Shown: positions 27,293 to 33,196, numbered from the stretch's first letter. The stretch: DNA of 33,196 nucleotides from a virus (IMGVR_UViG_3300020045_002688:1-33196), one strand, 5' to 3'. Program-made: numbers and translations. Notes: generated by a model not told the origin, from the sequence alone.

Positions 27293-28321
27293 ATGCAAAA
27301 ATTACTAGTGCTTACCGCTTCCAAAGACACGCTCTCTTGGCAGTCTTTATCAAACAAGCTGGCATACATAAAGAGCATTTTAAATACAGGCAATGGAGCA
27401 AACTTCACCGTAGACATTCAGTACACCCCAGCGATTCCGAAAATAACTGGCGAGCGCATCGACCACACTTGGCTCAATGATTTAATCCGGCCCCACTTTA
27501 ATAACGGGTACGACTTCATTTGTTTCCACTTTTCAGAAAAGCAAAAGAATGCCTGGGGAATCCGTCCCTCACTTCGAGGCAGTAACCCAGATACCGATGA
27601 TGAAATGGGTGACTTCTGGATTTCAGCCGATGAGCACACTGAGCGTCTTGGCTTCAATAGATTTGAGCAGGTGCTACTACACGAACTGGCGCATGAGTTT
27701 TTCCAGGAGACAAATCAAAAGGACATCACCCACGAATACCACGACAAGCACAAGAATATCGCGGGCCTCTACAGTGCCCTGGATTGGACAAAGTACCAAC
27801 CTCGTAGAATGGCACTCAAGAAGCAGAAAAACCTCTTAGAAACGATTGTGGCGGCTCTCAAGGCCCGTCTAGCAGCCAAGAAGGTAACGACATTGCTTCA
27901 CCCCGTAGAAAAGTACCGCAAACTCATTTCTCAAGAGTATGGAGTGGTCAACGCAAACTTCTACCCACAGACCGGACACCACATCGGGACAGACTACGCA
28001 TGCCCAGTCGGTACGCCAGTCCTTGCTCCCTGGAATGGCGAAGTTATCATCTCTGGCACATCACCAGCACTCGGTAACTTCTGTCACTACAAGTACACCT
28101 TCGATGGTGTGACATATGTGGCACGATTAATGCACCTATCAGACGTACCAACTAAAGCCAAATATAAACGAGGCGAGCTGATTGAACTGTCCGGGAAGAC
28201 TGGAAAGATAACAGGGCCACATTTGCACGTTGACCTCTGGTATAATGATGTCAGACTCGACCTCTTAACGGCAAAGAACTGGATGAATTTAACAATAGAC
28301 CCACAAAAACATTATGCTTAA
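27293..28321 (+). CDS. endolysin: N-terminal zincin plus C-terminal M23 peptidase
   Basis: LHELAH; HIGTD and GPHLH M23 motifs. Confidence 0.85.
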   Translation: MQKLLVLTASKDTLSWQSLSNKLAYIKSILNTGNGANFTVDIQYTPAIPKITGERIDHTWLNDLIRPHFNNGYDFICFHFSEKQKNAWGIRPSLRGSNPDTDDEMGDFWISADEHTERLGFNRFEQVLLHELAHEFFQETNQKDITHEYHDKHKNIAGLYSALDWTKYQPRRMALKKQKNLLETIVAALKARLAAKKVTTLLHPVEKYRKLISQEYGVVNANFYPQTGHHIGTDYACPVGTPVLAPWNGEVIISGTSPALGNFCHYKYTFDGVTYVARLMHLSDVPTKAKYKRGELIELSGKTGKITGPHLHVDLWYNDVRLDLLTAKNWMNLTIDPQKHYA

Positions 28322-28466
28322 AGGATACAAAACATACTCAGTAGTAGCTATTGCAGTCATCTACGCACTATCAGCCTTTGCTTACGGTGCAATAGACGGA
28401 GTACAAGCCTTTCAAATCTTATCCACAGCTTTGATGGGAGCAGGACTTCGAGACGCTATCAAGTAG
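28314..28466 (+). CDS. small holin, 50 aa
   Basis: MLKGYKTYSVVAIAVIYALSAF...ALMGAGLRDAIK, two hydrophobic helices. Confidence 0.75.
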   Translation: MLKGYKTYSVVAIAVIYALSAFAYGAIDGVQAFQILSTALMGAGLRDAIK

Positions 28467-28477
28467 TATAATGAAAG

Positions 28478-28536
28478 TGTCAGTTCCAAGCTGGCAGTCA
28501 TAATGGGACAAGCCACTCACACTCCGAGTGGTTTTT
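28478..28536 (+). ncRNA. candidate pseudoknot sRNA of about 60 nt
   Basis: TATAAT 28467-28472; TGTCAG/CTGGCA stem; loop TTCCA pairs TGGGA; terminator 28511-28536. Confidence 0.5.
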
Positions 28537-28566
28537 CTCTACTTGCGTCATGTTACAATTATTGTA

Positions 28567-28698
28567 ATGAAAAACGAATCAACTCCTGATTGGGATTCAT
28601 GGTACGAAGATACTCACGGCGGTACTAATAAAGCGTCTTGGGAATTAGATGATGATGAAATCCCAGACCATGACAAAATGGAAGACGAAGATGAATAA
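28567..28698 (+). CDS. very acidic 43-aa protein, leaderless
   Basis: TGTTACAAT 28551-28559; MKNESTPDWDSWYED...MEDEDE. Confidence 0.65.
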   Translation: MKNESTPDWDSWYEDTHGGTNKASWELDDDEIPDHDKMEDEDE

Positions 28699-28699
28699 G

Positions 28700-28734
28700 A
28701 AAAGCCGCACCTTCCACAGTGCGGCTAATCTTTT
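28700..28734. terminator. bidirectional terminator at the convergence point
   Basis: AAAAGCCGCAC-N8-GTGCGGCT. Confidence 0.8.
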
Positions 28735-29278
28735 ATTTGCTCCAGCAATGCTTTGACCATTTCCATGGTTCCAGACCTTGCTCATCATATAGCATTTTGG
28801 CGTACTTGATATTATCACTTGGATTATTCATATCAAGACCTAGTGCTTTTACCCTCTTTCCATGATGAAGGGTGGAGATTTGAAATAAACCCTTGTCCCC
28901 CGACCCATTAGTTGGGTTGTAAGCGTCTATATCGTATCCACCTTCACACCTCATTACTTTGAGCATAATTGGTGCATCAGGAAACGCTTTCATTACTTCT
29001 TGCTCAATTCGCGCCTTGTCCCAGTTGTACACCACTTCTATCCTCACCTCCTTCTTTGGCGGTACGACCACAGTAATCGCTTCGACTTCTGTGTATTCAT
29101 ACGCCTCTGCTATTTGAATATCAACTAATATTCCTCCTAACAACGTTGCAATAATCACCCATACTAATCCAACTCTAGATAACGTCCTGGGCTTAGACAG
29201 GCACTCATGTAGTGAGCTTTTTAAGCTGTCTAAATTATTGTGTTTTAAAATAAATACTGGTCTTAAACTAATAATCAT
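28733..29278 (-). CDS. membrane-anchored lytic transglycosylase (SLT/lysozyme-like); start uncertain
   Basis: TM helix; MRCEGG, GLFQI, NIKYA, PW...CW. Confidence 0.8.
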   Translation of the reverse strand: MIISLRPVFILKHNNLDSLKSSLHECLSKPRTLSRVGLVWVIIATLLGGILVDIQIAEAYEYTEVEAITVVVPPKKEVRIEVVYNWDKARIEQEVMKAFPDAPIMLKVMRCEGGYDIDAYNPTNGSGDKGLFQISTLHHGKRVKALGLDMNNPSDNIKYAKMLYDEQGLEPWKWSKHCWSK

Positions 29279-29412
29279 TCATGTATGGTGAATGACTTTC
29301 TGCGAGAGCGCAACGGCAGGGCACTATCCCTGCCGCACTTCTGCCTCTCGCTTGCCTACATTATACCGCGTTTTGGAGGGTGTAAATGACTAGGCTGTGG
29401 ATAGAGCGAGTG

Positions 29413-29613
29413 TCAAGATTTCTCAAACTCCAACACATCGCCCCACATCTCGTACACAAACGCCACCAGTCGTTCGTTCTCTCTATCGTGTAAATCTTCC
29501 TGGGTGATTCCTTTTAAATAATATCCTCGCTCTTGCAGTACCTTAAAAATATTTCGTTGGAACTGTAAAAACTTATAGTAATCTTTCTCGTTCATTTCGT
29601 GGGCTAAATCCAT
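29413..29613 (-). CDS. hypothetical protein, leaderless
   Basis: TATAAT ends 6 nt before ATG 29613. Confidence 0.65.
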   Translation of the reverse strand: MDLAHEMNEKDYYKFLQFQRNIFKVLQERGYYLKGITQEDLHDRENERLVAFVYEMWGDVLEFEKS

Positions 29614-29626
29614 AGCACCATTATAC

Positions 29627-29656
29627 AAACAAACCGCCCTAATTAAAGAGGCGGTC
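29627..29656 (-). terminator. intrinsic terminator
   Basis: GACCGCC...GGCGGTTTGTTT. Confidence 0.6.
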
Positions 29657-29664
29657 TGGGGATA

Positions 29665-29714
29665 AGAAAACCACTGGGTCGCGGTCCAGTGGCTCTCCTT
29701 CCCAGAGGCGGGAT
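29665..29714 (-). ncRNA. candidate sRNA of about 50 nt with exposed AGGAG
   Basis: TGCTACACT 29721-29729; TCCC/GGGA hairpin; terminator AGCCACTGG...CCAGTGGTTTT. Confidence 0.4.
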
Positions 29715-29735
29715 AGGTTTAGTGTAGCATATCCT

Positions 29736-29936
29736 TTAACTGGAGCAAGCCAAGCACTCCTCTTGGGGGGCACGATGTAACCGCACCACCGGCTTCTCAT
29801 TCGCAAAGAAGTCATCTAATGAACTTACTTGCGGCTCAAGATTAAAATAACCATCCTTTTTTAACTTCTCAACCTCTTCTTCTGATAATGTTTTAGTAAC
29901 CGTGGCTCCAGTGGGAGAGATAATTTTGTATGGCAT
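29736..29936 (-). CDS. 66-aa protein with C-terminal CxxC
   Basis: Ends EECLACSS; TATAAT 29948-29953. Confidence 0.7.
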   Translation of the reverse strand: MPYKIISPTGATVTKTLSEEEVEKLKKDGYFNLEPQVSSLDDFFANEKPVVRLHRAPQEECLACSS

Positions 29937-30029
29937 ATGAACCTACAATTATACAGGTTAAATAATCTCTCGAAAAATTAACTTACGGAAACTGTAGTAA
30001 CAAAAAACGAAACTAGGAATATGTAAATA

Positions 30030-30196
30030 TCAAACCCCCTGAGCTAGTAGGCTATATCAGGGGGCTTCGTATGACGCGTGCTGCATTACTGTCAGTAGAG
30101 GCGGTGTCTAGTGCACTTTAATCCCCTTCACGAGTAGTACGAACTCTTGTCGTGTTGGTGGCCTGTTTAGGTTGCTACTACAACCGTCAAGGCAAT
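30030..30196 (-). ncRNA. candidate structured RNA of about 165 nt
   Basis: TGTTATAAT 30203-30211; several hairpins; AGCCCCCTGA/TCAGGGGGTT terminator; no plausible ORF. Confidence 0.6.
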
Positions 30197-30212
30197 GAAA
30201 ATATTATAACAC

Positions 30213-30317
30213 AAAACCACCGTCGCGTGGTGGTTTGTGTTACTGGTGCCGTTATATTTCCGACAGTATAGTCCAGCTTTAGCACGCGTTCAAGCCATGC
30301 TCCGGGCCAATGCCCAT
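30213..30317 (-). ncRNA. candidate sRNA of about 105 nt, or mRNA for a 12-aa peptide
   Basis: TGATAAAAT 30324-30332; three hairpins; terminator 30213-30236. Confidence 0.45.
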
Positions 30318-30319
30318 GA

Positions 30320-30400
30320 CTACATTTTATCACGCCACACATGCCAGGCCAAGACTGGCAAGATAATTAAGAAGAAATAGAAGATGTCTGATATTTTCAT
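30320..30400 (-). CDS. 26-aa single-pass membrane peptide MKISDIFYFFLIILPVLAWHVWRDKM
   Basis: Hydrophobic core with charged ends. Confidence 0.5.
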   Translation of the reverse strand: MKISDIFYFFLIILPVLAWHVWRDKM

Positions 30401-30408
30401 AATAAGGC

Positions 30409-30431
30409 GTACCCACGTATGAGGTGGGTAC
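30409..30431 (-). terminator. hairpin closing the SD-led operon
   Basis: GTACCCAC-N7-GTGGGTAC; weak T tail. Confidence 0.55.
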
Positions 30432-30437
30432 TAGGTT

Positions 30438-30611
30438 TCAGTCCTTTGTCTTCCAGACTGAGGTGGTTTGGTTATGGATAGAGTTAATCGAGTGGCTGTA
30501 GACAAACGTAGGGTCAAAGTCACATTTTCCCTTGCAGGAGATGAGAGTGACCACGCCGGTCTCATCAGAGAGCACGGCGTAGCATTTGCAGAGCTTACAA
30601 ACGACTTTCAC
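30438..30611 (-). CDS. 57-aa Cys-rich protein (MKVVCKLCKC...CKGKC)
   Basis: GTGA overlap, SD-like GGGAGAGG. Confidence 0.6.
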   Translation of the reverse strand: MKVVCKLCKCYAVLSDETGVVTLISCKGKCDFDPTFVYSHSINSIHNQTTSVWKTKD

Positions 30612-30904
30612 GGCACCTCTCCCTTTGGTTGCGATGCGTCCGACTCATCGAATAAACAATGGGCAGATTGCTTCCGAGCGCGAAGGCAGAGATGCTCCAT
30701 GAAGGTCTTGACGATTGCGTGGTAAAACGCTCGCGGCATTTGTTCATATTGGGGTATATACCTTTCGAGTTCGATGTGACACGTTGCACAGATTGGGAGC
30801 ACATGATTATTATTCTTGCGACCCCAAAATCTCCTGGGAAAGATGTGATGATGCGTGGCGGGCTTCCGTTCATCGCACCCAGGGCAGGTTATGATGGGTC
30901 GCAT
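30608..30904 (-). CDS. small HNH endonuclease-like protein, 98 aa
   Basis: CPGC...THHHIFP...ICATCH; SD AGGAGG before ATG 30904. Confidence 0.75.
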   Translation of the reverse strand: MRPIITCPGCDERKPATHHHIFPRRFWGRKNNNHVLPICATCHIELERYIPQYEQMPRAFYHAIVKTFMEHLCLRARKQSAHCLFDESDASQPKGEVP

Positions 30905-30912
30905 AATTCCTC

Positions 30913-31035
30913 CTAGCTGCAATACTCGCAGTTGCACCACATTGGGTGATAGCGAAGTAGCCATTTCCGATAGCGAAACTCTTTCGAGAAACGCTTGTGT
31001 GAATACCCTCCAGTGAGGGGTAGCTCAAGTTGCAT
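30913..31035 (-). CDS. 40-aa protein with N-terminal QLELPL and C-terminal HxxxCxCxxC
   Basis: TGATG-coupled; stop abuts the next SD. Confidence 0.6.
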   Translation of the reverse strand: MQLELPLTGGYSHKRFSKEFRYRKWLLRYHPMWCNCEYCS

Positions 31036-31100
31036 CAGCCCTTCCTTCCGTACCAAAAGCCCAGAAAGAAAGCGGCAACAACAGTTAAGGTGGCAATCAT
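31035..31100 (-). CDS. 21-aa membrane peptide MIATLTVVAAFFLGFWYGRKG
   Basis: SD AAGGAG; coupled on both sides. Confidence 0.6.
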   Translation of the reverse strand: MIATLTVVAAFFLGFWYGRKG

Positions 31101-31101
31101 G

Positions 31102-31275
31102 TTACTCTCCTTTTGTGAGGCGGTCATAGTGGTCTCGACGGTTGATTTCTTCATCAGAAAACATACCTTGAAACAAAGCGTCTGCATCGCGGCAACCGTA
31201 TGAACAGTACACTGGCTTTGGACGCTTGGTCTTGGCTTCGAGAATCTTGTTGCACCAACTACAGCATCTTTTCAT
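31102..31275 (-). CDS. 57-aa treble-clef zinc finger, YacG-like
   Basis: CSWC-x15-CSYGC; purine-rich SD region. Confidence 0.65.
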   Translation of the reverse strand: MKRCCSWCNKILEAKTKRPKPVYCSYGCRDADALFQGMFSDEEINRRDHYDRLTKGE

Positions 31276-31286
31276 CTCCTCTATCC

Positions 31287-31322
31287 TTTCAATGTACGAT
31301 GGTCTTCTCTGTAATTATACCA
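31287..31322 (-). promoter_or_regulatory. extended -10 promoter plus boxA-like element
   Basis: TGGTATAAT 31314-31322; GTACATTGAAA 31287-31297. Confidence 0.55.
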
Positions 31323-32216
31323 CTACAGCGGCATCAGAATGTTGATAGGAAGCTTCCCGTTGTTCATAACTACCGCTACACCAATTGCTGGTTTCCCGTA
31401 GTCTTTGGCGTAGGTCATAGCATAAGCGTTCTTGTCAACACCACATCCGACTTGAGTTCCAAAGATGTGAAAGTTGGAGCCTACCAAGTGCTCTGTGTAC
31501 GCTTGAGTATGTAAGTGGCCTTGTACGGTGCTCATTAAGTCCTTCTTACAACGAGCGCGGGCTGTTCCTCCTTCTCCATGAATGTACTGCACACCGTCGT
31601 AGACTTGTCGTTCTTTGAAGTTCCAACCTGGGACACCAAACATATCTTGGTAGCCTAGAATCCAGCGCCTAGGGATTCCACCAGTAAATGCTTTACGCAT
31701 AATCAGACGGTCATGGTTGCCAATTATCACATCAGCTTTAGGAAATGCTTTGTACCACTTAGCTAAATTATCTATAGCTTCATCTAGTTCATCTCCTGCA
31801 CTCATACCATCCGCGTCACTCTCGTGATAACTAATAGCGTGGTTGTCTACGATGTCTCCAATAAAGACAACGTGGGTGCATTTGTATTTCTTGTACGTGT
31901 CAATGCAGAACTCTAGGTATCCTTCAAGTGTAAAAGGTTCGTGCAAGTCACCAATTATTAAAACTGTCTCTGTGTTAGGTGGGGGTGAGATGTACTCTTC
32001 TTTTCTTTCTGATTTAAACTTTTTCTTCTCTGGAGTGTCGGATTTAAGTACAATGGTGTATCGCTTCTTCGCGCGTCTTACACCGCCCTGTACCGTGTCA
32101 TACGAAACATTAAAACGGTTGGCTAAATCACTAATAGTAAATTGGTTTGGATTGAGTTCTATAAACTCGATAATCTGGCGTAACTTTTCACTTTTAAAAT
32201 TGAATTGTTCACTCAT
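31323..32216 (-). CDS. metallophosphoesterase with N-terminal HTH, leaderless
   Basis: GDLH, GDIVD, GNHD, HG, GHLH; TGGTATACT-N6-ATG. Confidence 0.9.
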   Translation of the reverse strand: MSEQFNFKSEKLRQIIEFIELNPNQFTISDLANRFNVSYDTVQGGVRRAKKRYTIVLKSDTPEKKKFKSERKEEYISPPPNTETVLIIGDLHEPFTLEGYLEFCIDTYKKYKCTHVVFIGDIVDNHAISYHESDADGMSAGDELDEAIDNLAKWYKAFPKADVIIGNHDRLIMRKAFTGGIPRRWILGYQDMFGVPGWNFKERQVYDGVQYIHGEGGTARARCKKDLMSTVQGHLHTQAYTEHLVGSNFHIFGTQVGCGVDKNAYAMTYAKDYGKPAIGVAVVMNNGKLPINILMPL

Positions 32217-32240
32217 ACCAAAAGTATACCATCCGTCAAC

Positions 32241-32441
32241 TTAGATAACTCCCTTTATACACACCTTGCAAAGCTTTTCATCATAGTAGGTGTAGAAGCC
32301 GTGAACGCTATCACCGCCATACTGAGAGACCGTACACTTTCTTTTACACTGGTCACAGATAGCAGGCTCTCGAATTAGTACGCCTTTTTCTGGGATTGGA
32401 GCCACTAGCTTACTCTTACCTCTTGCATTAGTCGCGTTCAT
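32241..32441 (-). CDS. small Zn-finger protein
   Basis: CDQC...CKVC; ATGA-coupled start at 32441. Confidence 0.6.
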   Translation of the reverse strand: MNATNARGKSKLVAPIPEKGVLIREPAICDQCKRKCTVSQYGGDSVHGFYTYYDEKLCKVCIKGVI

Positions 32442-32527
32442 ACTTTCTTTGTTTTCTTCTTTGATAAAGGACACGGAGATAGGACTAAACCTTTCTTGTA
32501 ATTTTTACATCTTAAGCATTCGCACAT
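32438..32527 (-). CDS. 29-aa basic Cys-rich peptide (MCECLRCK...)
   Basis: Tight coupling on both sides. Confidence 0.5.
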   Translation of the reverse strand: MCECLRCKNYKKGLVLSPCPLSKKKTKKV

Positions 32528-32528
32528 G

Positions 32529-32642
32529 CTATATATCGTAGCACATCTCTACCTTCTGGCTGAGTAGCTCTTTGGGGATACAGCCCGACTGGATGTAGTT
32601 AGCGAGGGTATAAGCGAGGGTGAGGGAAATGATGGTTGTCAT
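32529..32642 (-). CDS. 37-aa hypothetical peptide
   Basis: Tight coupling on both sides. Confidence 0.5.
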   Translation of the reverse strand: MTTIISLTLAYTLANYIQSGCIPKELLSQKVEMCYDI

Positions 32643-32643
32643 A

Positions 32644-32859
32644 CTATTCCTTTACACATTTAACTGTGCCGCCATCATTCATATCAGAAATAATGGAAAG
32701 TCCATCAGGACACATCGGGAGCGATTCTGCCGGAAAAAACGTGAAGTAAGTTCTTATACCAAAACCAAAGCTTGCTCCAATTACACATCCTGTAATCGCC
32801 ATTTTTACTATTAAGGCAAGAACTTCATCTAAGGTAACTTCAATACTTTCTGTTGTCAT
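32644..32859 (-). CDS. small membrane protein
   Basis: TM helix followed by a Cys pair. Confidence 0.6.
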   Translation of the reverse strand: MTTESIEVTLDEVLALIVKMAITGCVIGASFGFGIRTYFTFFPAESLPMCPDGLSIISDMNDGGTVKCVKE

Positions 32860-32867
32860 ACTCTCTC

Positions 32868-33194
32868 TTACTCTGATAAATCTACATCGTACTTTTGAGC
32901 GATGGCCTTTGCATCACTACAAATCGGACCTTCGGCACACTGTCGACACCATGAGAAATGGTTACAAGTTTCCTTTACTGCTTCCATTTTTTCCCTATCA
33001 TACTCGTCGGCTTGGGACTTTAGGGTGGTGCGGAGCTTGTCTCGCCATGCTTTTTGAAAATCTCGTTTGTTAATGATGGCACCGTTAAAGACTAAGTCCT
33101 CGGTCAGTTTCCAAATCTCGTCAAACTCCTCTACAATATTTTCGATTGGGGTGTGTTTGTTTTGTTCTTCTAATCGCTTTACAAGGTCAGCTGT
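32868..33194 (-). CDS. hypothetical early protein, 5' truncated by the window
   Basis: Open frame to the edge (...ENIVEEFDEIW...KYDVDLSE*). Confidence 0.65.
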   Translation of the reverse strand, partial: TADLVKRLEEQNKHTPIENIVEEFDEIWKLTEDLVFNGAIINKRDFQKAWRDKLRTTLKSQADEYDREKMEAVKETCNHFSWCRQCAEGPICSDAKAIAQKYDVDLSE

Positions 33195-33196
33195 TT

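Noticed and set aside
28238-28246. TGGTATAAT inside the endolysin gene
   Set aside because: Explained by W-Y-N codons; an internal holin promoter is possible but unsupported
28419-28427. Perfect DnaA box in the holin gene
   Set aside because: Lies in coding sequence and a single copy is weak evidence, though it is about 40 nt upstream of the 28467 -10 box
30905-30964. Upstream extension of the HNH ORF to 30964
   Set aside because: Overlaps the 40-aa QLELPL ORF; strong SD points to ATG 30904
1-33196. tRNAs, integrase/att sites, reverse transcriptase (DGR/retron), alternative genetic code
   Set aside because: No cloverleaf, recombinase or RT motifs seen; TGA, TAG and TAA all end genes cleanly with long ORFs in code 11

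Overview
About 33 kb of a tailed dsDNA phage with podovirus (P22-like) architecture, cut at both ends inside a leftward early region. Gene order: small early ORFs and a C5-cytosine methyltransferase with a nested alternative-frame ORF (minus strand); replication module (initiator with internal iterons, DnaB/RecA-type helicase, CHC2 Zn-finger protein); NinG-like nuclease, dNMP kinase, RmlB-like dehydratase and glycosyltransferase; TerS, TerL, portal, scaffold, major capsid, a second glycosyltransferase, adaptor, nozzle and ejection proteins, fibre-like proteins; holins and a zincin+M23 endolysin; then a convergent accessory region. Most genes lack Shine-Dalgarno sites and follow extended -10 (TGnTATAAT) promoters, many leaderless, several near DnaA-box-like 9-mers. 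A Patescibacteria/CPR host is an inference from this, not shown. Most notable unexplained structure: (1) a duplicated promoter-CCGAAAAACGG-terminator attenuator in front of the portal and head-tail operons; (2) several stand-alone promoter/structured RNA/terminator units, one carrying a 14-nt antisense match to an early-gene start; (3) an SD-led, boxA-like island of micro-proteins (YacG-like Zn finger, QLELPL clamp-binding peptide, HNH) in an otherwise SD-free genome; (4) a decayed homing endonuclease that duplicated the dNMP kinase 5' end. All calls come from reading motifs by eye; no searches or folding programs were run.
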